Shown: positions 14,317 to 22,158 of the stretch, one piece after another
Layout of the letters: each line of letters begins with the position of its first letter
Numbering within the stretch: position 1 is the stretch's first letter
Source: an uncultured bacterium
Lineage (GTDB): Bacteria > Armatimonadota > Hebobacteria > Hebobacterales > Hebobacteraceae
Assembly (NCBI GenBank): GCA_964635365.1
Contig: CAZWRO010000004.1
Location: 6,800-30,887 of the forward strand
DNA: 24,088 nt
Direction of reading: 5' to 3'
The notes under the pieces: generated by a model
What the model saw: the letters and a program-made list of their open reading frames with translations, nothing else
What the model was told of the DNA's origin: nothing
Database searches by the model: none
Made by a program: the position numbers and the translations under genes

Positions 14317-17300
14317 CTACCGTACTTCTATCGTCACAGGCTCTGCGGTGGCCTCGATCTCGGGGTTGTAGTAGCGGTAGACCCGGGAGCTCGGCGTGGC
14401 GGCCCTCATGGGGAAGTTCGCCCGGAGCCGATAGGAGATGTCCAAGGGTTCTCGGGAAGCCAGGCGGTCGAGATAGATGATGATCTGGCGAGCCGCAATG
14501 GTGTACTTCTGGATGGTGCCTTCGTCCACCAGGCTCTGGAGGTCCTCGGCCAGCACCTGGAATCCGGGCGGGACGCCGAGATCGATCACGACCATGTTGC
14601 AGTCCCGCGGATCCTGGTTGACGACCCGGACGGAGGCGGTGACGATATCGTCAGTGGAAAGGGTCGTGCGGTCGTAGTCGACATCGATGGTCAGCAGCTC
14701 CTGGGCCGGCGGCCGGACCATCTCCCACGGGAGGTAGTACTTGGCGACGATTTGGTAGAGCGCGCTGCCCTCGCCGGTGATTGCGACGCGGACGTCGTTG
14801 GCGCCCGCGCGCACCAGCTCTCGAGCGTCGACTTGGCGCACCACGTCGTAGTCGTCCTGAGTGATGCGGAAGGAGCCAGCCTGCTCGCCGTTAACCTCGA
14901 CGGTGACCGTGGCATCGATCTGCTCGGTCGCGCGATGGAGCGAAAGGAGCAGCGCCTTCAGGGACCACACCGTCGCCTGGGTGGTCTGCCAGGTCCCGAA
15001 GCTATCCTTGGAACGGATCAGATAGGTGATGGCCTTGTTGGTGAGGCCGACGTGGCGTTCGGACTTGACCAGCGCGTAGGTCGCCAGGGCCGTGGTTTCG
15101 AGGTCGGCCGAGCCGTCCTGCGCGGAGGTGAAGGTCGGCGCTTGAGCCTGCCAGTAGGCGGCGCTTTCGTCGGCGATCGCCAGGCCGGCAAGGGCGTCGA
15201 CGACGCGGGTTGCGTTGGCGGAGTCCGGTGCGCCGCTGAGGTAGGCATTGGCGATCACGGCGAGGGTGTACGGGTCATCGACCTCGCGCCAGTGAGCGTC
15301 GAGGTAGCGGAGCCCGAGCGAGATTTCCTCTCCCTGGTAGCCGGATTCGGCCAGGGTCCAGGTGATGTAGGCCGTGACGCGCACGGTGTCGGTCTGACGG
15401 TTGATAACGCCTTCCGCGATGCCTCCTTCGTCACGCTCCCAGGAGCCGTCTTGTCTCTGCAGGCCAGCCAGCCAGCGCTGGGTGCGAGTGATGACGTTTT
15501 CGTCCACCTCGTGCACTCGGCTCATGTCCCGGAACAGCAAGAGCCCGTAGGCGGTGAGCACCTTGTGGGCCGGGGGCTGTCCGAACCAGGAGAAGCCGCC
15601 GCCGTCCACCTCGAAGGACAGGAGGCGTTGATAGCCGACGTTGATGTGCTGCTCGGCTTTCATTTGGATCTCGGGATTGGCCTGGTTGGTGGACCTGAAG
15701 TAGTCGAGCACCAGAACGTTAGGATAGGTGACGGAGCTGGTCTGCTCGAAGCAGCCGAACGGCATTCGCAGGAGCGAATCGAGGCCCTCAACGGCTTGGC
15801 TGAAGAGGCCCGGGTAGATCTTCACCAGGATGGTGGAGGCGTCCGGGATGGCCTGCTGCGGGAGGGTGACAGTCCGCTCCACGGTGCCTTCCAGGCGGTC
15901 GTTCCAGGTGTCTCGCTGTTCTTCGCCGTCGGGGAGCACCTCGATCTCGCGACGGATGGCATCGCTCAGCCGAGAGCCGCGGGCACGGACGGTGAGACGG
16001 TGAACGCCGATGCCGGTGGTCCGGAGGCGGTAGTAGACGACGCGGATGTCGGAGGCCGCGATGTCCAGCGACTTCTCGGCTTCGTCGTCTACGAGCTCGA
16101 ACCAGGGCTGAGTCTCCAACGCCAGATTGATCGTCTGGGGTTCCGGAAGGTAGTTGTAGACGGCGATGGGGATAGAGACCTCGTCGTTCTGCGTGAGGGC
16201 GACGGGGAGGTCGATGTCGATGAAGAAGTCCTGGAAGACCCGAAGGCCAGAGCTGGTGCTACCGAGCTGGCCGCGCTGGGAGGAGGCCAGGGCGCTCAGG
16301 CGCCAGGTGGTGATCGAATCGGCCATGTCCACCGTCACGGTTGCCTCTCCGCGCTGGTCGGTGATGATGGCCGGATTGACGTACATGGTCTCGGGGAAGA
16401 ACTGGCGCAAGCGGACTTGGGGTTGCCCTGGGGCTTCGGCGGACGCAGCTCCCTGGGCGACCTCTGATTCAGCCGCCGCCATGGGGGCGGCCACGCCTTT
16501 CTCCATGGCCATCATCGCGTCCAGGGCCACGACGCCTCCACCTCGGCCGAAGAAGCGGCCCACGAGTCCTTCGCGGGGCCAACGCGTGATGTTGCTAATG
16601 TCGTCGGAGGTCCGCCACTGGCCGTCGGGCCCGGCCGAATTTAGGGAGCACTCGGCCTGCCGCCATCGCACTCGGTAGGGATTGCCCCAGCGGTCGCGCA
16701 GGTCGTTGCGGTAGAGCAGCCCTTCTTCCACCAGCACTGAAATATCGGCCTCCGGCGACAGGTAGCGGTGGTGACGCGTATGGTACTGCTGGAGGGCGCG
16801 ATTGATCTTCTCGGCGTCTCTGGCGATGTCCCTCACCCAGGATTCCATCGCCTGCGCGAGGCGCTCCTGGTAAGTATTGACGGTGAGGTTGAAGGGATCG
16901 CGAGGCTGCGCGGCGGCGAAGAGGACGGCTGCGGCCCGCTGGCGAGTTGCCTCCGCCTCCGCCGGCTCGGGGGCTTCGAAGGGCAGTCGTCCGCTGACTA
17001 TGCCCTGGGGCGTGAAGCCGTGGATCTCGTAACGGGGGTGCAGGAGCTCACGCTCCAGAGCGAAGTACACTCGCTCCAGCCCGGGCTGCATCTCTTGGAG
17101 CGCGAAGACGCTTTCGTCAACGATGCTCACGCCGAGCACGGCGTGGACGGGGTTGCCTTGCTGATCGCGCACGGCGAAGGTCAGGCTGGCCGAATCGCCA
17201 GGTCGGTAGGTGTCTTGGTCGGGTCTGACCTCAACCAGGAGGTCGTTGGCCGGCTCCACGTAGAGAAGCCGGGTGCATCGGATGATGTTCTCGTCCGGCA

Positions 17301-18885
17301 GGATCTGATAGGCGTGTATCTCGAGCGTGCCGGACAGGTCGTGGGTCAGAGGGAGTTCGAAGTGCGCCCGCCCGTGGGAGATGTCAACGGTGCGGGTGAG
17401 CACGGTCTGGTTGTCGCGGATGACATCGACGTAAGTCGTGCCGGCCTGCTTGGTCGATATCACGTCGAACTGAACAGAGGTGCCGACGGGGGCGATGGAA
17501 CGATCTCCGCGGAGAATCAGGGCCTGCGCGGCGGTATCGGTGGGCAGGTCGATATCGCGGCTGACGCGATGTCCGGCGCTATCCACGACGTCGACGTGCA
17601 TTTGAACTCCGCCGCGCGGAGACGTGATGCGAGCGGCGAAGATGCCGGCCTGGTCGGTGGCGCCTTCGAGTACGGCCGGCGCCGCGGCTTCGCCGGCCGG
17701 CTGGGTGCTGACGGCGACGCGCGCACCGGCCGCGGGGTTTCCGTCCGGGGACGAGATGAGCAAGTAGACAATGTTCTCGATGTTCGGCTTGAGGTCACCG
17801 GACTCCGGGACGGCGGTGATGATGAGAGGAGCCGTGGCAACCGGAGCGGTGTGGACTATTCTCTCGGTGTGATCGGCGCGGTCGGTGACCTCCACGTCGA
17901 GCTTCACGAAGGCATTGCCCTGCTCCAACGGCTGTCCGACGAAGTAGGTCGGCAGGTCAGTCTCGAATCGGAAGCTCCCGCTCTCGTCCGTGCGGCCTCG
18001 GATCTCGGCCACCTCGTGGAAGGCGGTGTCGAAGGTCGAGACGGTGATCAATACCTCGGATTGGGAGGTTGGCTTGCCGAAGAAATAGTCAGCCTGGATC
18101 CTTCCGGTGAGTCGATCTCCCGGGAGGTAGTAGGGTCGTTCCGTGGTGAGATTCACGCGGAACTTGGGCAGCACGTAGCGCCTGACGTTGACCGTCCGCT
18201 CGGCGCGGCCGTCCTCCATCACGGCACGCACCGTGTAGGCTCCGAAGTTGATCTCGTCGGCGAGGATGAATTCGGCGGAGGCGACGCCAAAATCAGAGGT
18301 CTGAAGCTGCCGCTTGAAGACCTTGTTGCCCCTGGAGTCATCCACTTCCAGAGTGATCCCCGTGCCAGCGGCCGGCTGGAGGGAGGGCCGCTGCAGGGCC
18401 AGCGCGCGAAGGTGGATGGTCTGTCCCGGTTGGTAGAGGGGCTTGTCTGTAGTGAGCAAGATCTGCGCTTCGCGCGTGATGCTAATGGAGCGCTCAATGA
18501 CGTCGATTCCCAGGGCCGAAACTACTCGCACGGAGAGGTCGTACGCTCCGGGCGGCAGCTCGGGGACTCTGAACGAAGCGTCCACTGTGCCGGCGTCCAG
18601 GGCGCCGGTGAACAAGCGCTGAGGCGCCATGCGCAGGTCGGGGTCGGTGGGCGAGAGGGTGACATGGACGGCCCCGCGAACCGGTTCCCCGGTCTCGTGA
18701 TTGGTAACGATGATCCGCAGGGAGGCCGGGCCGCCGGCAAGCCATTGCGATTGGCCTCGGAGGACAGTCTGGAGGGGGGACAGGTCATCCGAAGAGCGGG
18801 AAGTGGCGGCAAGGGCAACCGACAACGCCACGCCGATCACGACAATCGCTAGCCACTTAGTCAAGAGACGACTGTTCTTGCTCAC
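14317..18885 (-). CDS. Alpha-2-macroglobulin-family thioester protein (secreted, complement/TEP-like layout)
   Basis: MG2 'LLTTDKPLYQPGQTI', 'VSIVDESVFAL', post-bait 'RQFFPET…DSITTW', thioester 'MPFGCFEQ' (15753-15742), alpha/alpha TED 'GGFSWF…LTAY' and receptor-binding domain 'NMVVIDLGVPPGF…RVYRYYNP'. GTG start with AAGGAG SD; Sec signal without a lipobox Cys. Confidence 0.92.
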   Translation of the reverse strand: MSKNSRLLTKWLAIVVIGVALSVALAATSRSSDDLSPLQTVLRGQSQWLAGGPASLRIIVTNHETGEPVRGAVHVTLSPTDPDLRMAPQRLFTGALDAGTVDASFRVPELPPGAYDLSVRVVSALGIDVIERSISITREAQILLTTDKPLYQPGQTIHLRALALQRPSLQPAAGTGITLEVDDSRGNKVFKRQLQTSDFGVASAEFILADEINFGAYTVRAVMEDGRAERTVNVRRYVLPKFRVNLTTERPYYLPGDRLTGRIQADYFFGKPTSQSEVLITVSTFDTAFHEVAEIRGRTDESGSFRFETDLPTYFVGQPLEQGNAFVKLDVEVTDRADHTERIVHTAPVATAPLIITAVPESGDLKPNIENIVYLLISSPDGNPAAGARVAVSTQPAGEAAAPAVLEGATDQAGIFAARITSPRGGVQMHVDVVDSAGHRVSRDIDLPTDTAAQALILRGDRSIAPVGTSVQFDVISTKQAGTTYVDVIRDNQTVLTRTVDISHGRAHFELPLTHDLSGTLEIHAYQILPDENIIRCTRLLYVEPANDLLVEVRPDQDTYRPGDSASLTFAVRDQQGNPVHAVLGVSIVDESVFALQEMQPGLERVYFALERELLHPRYEIHGFTPQGIVSGRLPFEAPEPAEAEATRQRAAAVLFAAAQPRDPFNLTVNTYQERLAQAMESWVRDIARDAEKINRALQQYHTRHHRYLSPEADISVLVEEGLLYRNDLRDRWGNPYRVRWRQAECSLNSAGPDGQWRTSDDISNITRWPREGLVGRFFGRGGGVVALDAMMAMEKGVAAPMAAAESEVAQGAASAEAPGQPQVRLRQFFPETMYVNPAIITDQRGEATVTVDMADSITTWRLSALASSQRGQLGSTSSGLRVFQDFFIDIDLPVALTQNDEVSIPIAVYNYLPEPQTINLALETQPWFELVDDEAEKSLDIAASDIRVVYYRLRTTGIGVHRLTVRARGSRLSDAIRREIEVLPDGEEQRDTWNDRLEGTVERTVTLPQQAIPDASTILVKIYPGLFSQAVEGLDSLLRMPFGCFEQTSSVTYPNVLVLDYFRSTNQANPEIQMKAEQHINVGYQRLLSFEVDGGGFSWFGQPPAHKVLTAYGLLLFRDMSRVHEVDENVITRTQRWLAGLQRQDGSWERDEGGIAEGVINRQTDTVRVTAYITWTLAESGYQGEEISLGLRYLDAHWREVDDPYTLAVIANAYLSGAPDSANATRVVDALAGLAIADESAAYWQAQAPTFTSAQDGSADLETTALATYALVKSERHVGLTNKAITYLIRSKDSFGTWQTTQATVWSLKALLLSLHRATEQIDATVTVEVNGEQAGSFRITQDDYDVVRQVDARELVRAGANDVRVAITGEGSALYQIVAKYYLPWEMVRPPAQELLTIDVDYDRTTLSTDDIVTASVRVVNQDPRDCNMVVIDLGVPPGFQVLAEDLQSLVDEGTIQKYTIAARQIIIYLDRLASREPLDISYRLRANFPMRAATPSSRVYRYYNPEIEATAEPVTIEVR

Positions 18886-18937
18886 GGGAAATCTCTCCTT
18901 TGTGCGGCGGAAAGCAGGTGAATCGGACTTACCCCCT

Positions 18938-18966
18938 TTAGACAGCGGGTGAAGGCGGAATGTTCC
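18938..18966 (-). promoter_or_regulatory. Putative ECF (RpoE/sigmaE-like) promoter of the A2M gene
   Basis: Minus strand GGAACAT (18966-18960), 16 nt, GTCTAA (18943-18938); close to the RpoE/AlgU-type GGAACTT-N16-GTC(T/A)AA pattern and about 50 nt upstream of the start codon. Confidence 0.55.
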
Positions 18967-18988
18967 GGGGGGAGGGGAGACAAGTGAT

Positions 18989-19014
18989 GAGCGGCGGACG
19001 AATGTCCGCCGCTC
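18989..19014 (-). terminator. 11-bp GC hairpin downstream of the LysM gene (probable terminator)
   Basis: GAGCGGCGGAC-GAAT-GTCCGCCGCTC, 30 nt after the stop at 19045; followed on the minus strand by AUCACUUGUCU. Confidence 0.6.
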
Positions 19015-19044
19015 GGGAGGTCATCATTGAGCCTGGGGCCTGTT

Positions 19045-20853
19045 CTAGTGGGCGCTGGCGATATGGATGACTCCGCCCTCGTATTGGAGGACGAGGTCTA
19101 GAATATCTCCGAGGAAGCGTAGAGGAACAACGGTGCGATCGCATCGCAGCGCGGCCGGAGCGCCCATTGCCACCGTCGCGCCATCCACGCCGGCCTGGTC
19201 GCTGCCGATGGTCACGGCTATGCTGTGTCCGCCGGCCGAGGCGGAGGCCTGCCGGGCTTCAGGCTCCCAGGTGACGCTGCCGCCAGCCTCTTCGATCACC
19301 GTCCGGAAGGGCACAATGGCGAGACCGTTTGCAATGGTGGTCGGGGCGTCCGCGCTCAACGGGTGGCCGTCGAAGTAGACCGGAACGGCCGGCACGACGA
19401 GGCGCTGGCCGGGGTGGATCGGATCGGATATAGACAGGTTGTTCGCCGCGGCCAGCGCGCCGGGCGATACGTGATATTCGGCGGCGATGCTCCAGAGACA
19501 GTCGCCGGAACGCACGGCGTAGCTGAGTTGCTGTGGGGCCGGCTCTGCGGCGACTCTGGAGGTCGGGGCCGGCTCGGCCGGTCGTGGCGGCAGAAGGGCG
19601 ACTTGAATGGCGGAAGGTATGGAAGCCGAGGACGGCGCGGCGGGCTCCGCAGTCAGCGTTTGCGGTGCGTCGGCCGTGGCGGCAATGGTTATCGGTGACG
19701 CCGAGGCGACCGGCTCGGGTGAGAAAGCTGGCCCCGTTGCTGGATGAGTGGGCGCAGGGGAGGGCTCTCGATCGCCGACCGCGAGGGGTTCAACTTGAGT
19801 GATCGGGAGCGGCTCGGAGCTGGCGGGCAGGCTGCGTGCGGGGTCAGCCACCGTCGGCGCCGGGGGCGTGGCAACCGCGGTGGCCGCGGGAACGCCGGCC
19901 ACCGGCTCCTCCACGGCCGTACTGGGAAGCATGGCGATCTGGATGGGGGCTACTCGGGAGCTGCGCTCCAGAGGCAACGGGGAAGGAGGACGAATTAGGT
20001 TGCCGCTTGGGCTCACGAAGGGAGCCGTTCCAGGAAGGGCCAGTTCGGGATCGGCTACTCTGACGGCCCGCGCTTCGGGCGCAAGGCTCTCGGTGTGCAT
20101 GGGTGGAGGCAGGACCGGGCTGCCGGCTCGTGCCGGCGGCTGCATTGGCTCGGGGGTCGGGGTTGAACTGGCGGCGCGCATCGCCGTCGCCCCGCTCGGA
20201 TTGTTGACGAGCACCTCTAGGGGTGAAGCCAGCGACTCGGCGCCTCCCGCAAGATGGGCTCTCGCCTGAACGCGATGCAGACCGTTGAGATAGCTCGTCG
20301 TGTCCCAGAAGTAGGTGTAGGGACGGACGTTGGACATCGCCTTGAAGGTGTCGTCCACGAGGAAGACCACGTACCTGACCAGGGAAGGTCGATCGGTTTC
20401 CACCTCGACGGGGGTGACGCCTGACACCGTCTGACCGGCCGTCGGAGAGGTCAGGCGAATGACCGGGCCGATTCCCTGCGGGGTGCGTTGCAGCCAGATC
20501 GACAGACTCGTTTCGGCGGCGCGCCCCTCGGTGTCCAGCGCGCGAACGGTCAGCTCATGCGCTCCATTCGCGCAGTAGGAGGCAGTCCAGGTGAGGGAGA
20601 CGGATCCGCGCGTTTGCGGCGGATCTAGGTCGACCTCTTGCATCACGGCGCCATCGACTATCAGGAACAAGCGCTCGATGGCCGCATCGGTCGACGAGGA
20701 GTAGGAGGCGACTGTTTCGAGTGTGTTGGATACGACAGTAATGCCGGCCTGGGGAGCAGTAATGGTGACAACTGGGTCGGCCGTGGCTGCGGCGAGGGCG
20801 GTGACGAGAAGGAGGGTTGTCAGAATGACGACGAGAAACGCGGAGCCTTTCAC
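19045..20853 (-). CDS. Secreted cell-surface protein: 2 bacterial Ig-like domains, Pro/Ala-rich linker, LysM, and copper-amine-oxidase N-terminal (stalk) domain
   Basis: Signal peptide after GTG 20853 (AAGGAG SD at 20868-20863); Ig 'PVVTITAP…NGAHELTVRALD' and 'PVIRLTSP…WDTTSYLNGLH'; LysM 'YAVRSGDCLWSIAAEYHVSPGALAAANNL…IHPGQRLVVP'; stalk 'VPFRTVIEEAGGSVTW…RTVVPLRFL'. Confidence 0.85.
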   Translation of the reverse strand: MKGSAFLVVILTTLLLVTALAAATADPVVTITAPQAGITVVSNTLETVASYSSSTDAAIERLFLIVDGAVMQEVDLDPPQTRGSVSLTWTASYCANGAHELTVRALDTEGRAAETSLSIWLQRTPQGIGPVIRLTSPTAGQTVSGVTPVEVETDRPSLVRYVVFLVDDTFKAMSNVRPYTYFWDTTSYLNGLHRVQARAHLAGGAESLASPLEVLVNNPSGATAMRAASSTPTPEPMQPPARAGSPVLPPPMHTESLAPEARAVRVADPELALPGTAPFVSPSGNLIRPPSPLPLERSSRVAPIQIAMLPSTAVEEPVAGVPAATAVATPPAPTVADPARSLPASSEPLPITQVEPLAVGDREPSPAPTHPATGPAFSPEPVASASPITIAATADAPQTLTAEPAAPSSASIPSAIQVALLPPRPAEPAPTSRVAAEPAPQQLSYAVRSGDCLWSIAAEYHVSPGALAAANNLSISDPIHPGQRLVVPAVPVYFDGHPLSADAPTTIANGLAIVPFRTVIEEAGGSVTWEPEARQASASAGGHSIAVTIGSDQAGVDGATVAMGAPAALRCDRTVVPLRFLGDILDLVLQYEGGVIHIASAH

Positions 20854-20951
20854 GGCAGGCCACTCCTTTTTTGGGTCGTGTCCGGGGCCCTCGACGGGAT
20901 CGGTTGGCGCCGGTTCGCGCCCCGATCCCACCCCGCTCTGGAAGCGCAGGA

Positions 20952-20980
20952 ATGATAGCATGCGAGTTATGGTACGTCAA
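20952..20980 (-). promoter_or_regulatory. Putative sigma70-type promoter of the LysM gene
   Basis: Minus strand TTGACG (20980-20975), 17-nt spacer, TATCAT (20957-20952) with TGn extension. Confidence 0.65.
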
Positions 20981-21174
20981 ACGTTTCCTGGCCCAATGGG
21001 GCTGGATCGGGCCGTTTCCGCCATGCCCGAGGGGACCGGAAAACAGAGCGTCTGACAGGTGGCTTGGAGAGATGGCGGGGGCGCAAAAACGACTCGATTT
21101 GTTCACAACTCTTTCAGCATAGTTCGCTAGGATTTGGTAGCGGCGACGCAATTACGACAGAGGGCAAGAAAACG

Positions 21175-22029
21175 GTGAAGCAGGTGAAGCAAGTGACGCG
21201 ATGGACGATTCTGTTGGTGGTGGTGGGGATGGCTATGCTGGTGGCGGGGTGCGGTCAGGGCACAGCCACTGAGAGTGCGGAGACGAGCACCATAGAGGCG
21301 CTGGTGCCATGTGGGCAGGTGGGTCCGTTCTCTGAGATCGTTCGGTTGTTCGAGGAGGAGCATCCAGATGTCACGGTTGAGTGGGTGCCCGAGAACATCG
21401 TCACCATTACGAGTAAGGTCATTGACGGTGTGGAGCAACCGGATGTCTTCCTGTCTATGGGTGACCTAGAAATGGATCAGGTCGACGAGGAAGGGCGCGT
21501 GGTCGAGGGTACGCGTACCCAGTATGCGGCGAACTCGCTGTGCATCATGGTGCCGACCGGCAACCCGGCGGGCGTCAGGACTATCGCTGACCTGGTCAAG
21601 CCGGAGGTGGAGATGATCGCGATTCCCAATCCGGAGGAGAACTCGGTGGGAAAGCACGCGGTAGAGGCGATTCGGGCGGCGGGGATCTGGGATCGAGTAG
21701 AGGATAGGATCCTCTACCCGCGCTTCGCGGCCGATGGCAAGGACGTGATCGCCCAAAATCGCGTGCAGGTGAGCATCGGCTACTACCCATGCGCGGTTGA
21801 AGTGCATGTCCCGGGGGAGGAGCCGGCCACGCCCCGCAACATCGAATTGGTCGGCCAAGTCTCGCCCGAACTCTACGATCCGTTCTATTGTGAGGGAGCT
21901 GTGATCAAGGGCTCTCCGAATCCGGAGGGAGGACGCATGTTGCTCGAGTTCATGACGACCCCTGAGGCGCAGGTTATCTTCGAGAAGTGGAGTTTCATCG
22001 CCGAGTCGGTGATTCCCGAGGGCGAGTGA
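21175..22029 (+). CDS. modA: ModA-like ABC transporter substrate-binding lipoprotein (molybdate/tungstate family, divergent)
   Basis: Lipobox 'MLVAG-C'; 'PDVFLS', 'YAANSLCIMVPTGNP…TIADL', 'IAIPNPE..SVGKHA.EA' and 'FMTTPEAQVIFEKWSF' follow the ModA fold. Start uncertain (GTG 21175, 21184 or 21193). Confidence 0.7.
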   Translation: MKQVKQVTRWTILLVVVGMAMLVAGCGQGTATESAETSTIEALVPCGQVGPFSEIVRLFEEEHPDVTVEWVPENIVTITSKVIDGVEQPDVFLSMGDLEMDQVDEEGRVVEGTRTQYAANSLCIMVPTGNPAGVRTIADLVKPEVEMIAIPNPEENSVGKHAVEAIRAAGIWDRVEDRILYPRFAADGKDVIAQNRVQVSIGYYPCAVEVHVPGEEPATPRNIELVGQVSPELYDPFYCEGAVIKGSPNPEGGRMLLEFMTTPEAQVIFEKWSFIAESVIPEGE

Positions 22030-22158
22030 TAGGCCGCGGCCGTGGGCCTGAGGAGATACAAGAGGCGGCTTCCATCGCAGGTTGCGCCGGGCGAAGAGGG
22101 GTAATAGGAGTGTGGGGCCGGCGGGGAATAAGAACGGCTTCAGAACGGAGAATGGTGA

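Noticed and set aside
14752-18852. Long + strand ORFs (14752-16467, 571 aa; 16768-18852, 694 aa) antisense to the A2M gene
   Set aside because: Typical shadow ORFs from codon bias in GC-rich DNA: no recognisable motifs or SD, and fully overlapped by a well-supported gene.
19560-20200. Pro/Ala-rich stretch of the LysM gene as a tandem DNA repeat or array
   Set aside because: Low-complexity protein linker; no regular repeat unit or spacer structure.
21091-21108. TTCACAA resembling a Rex operator upstream of the ModA-like gene
   Set aside because: Only the right half-site matches TTGTGAA-N4-TTCACAA; the left half is poor.
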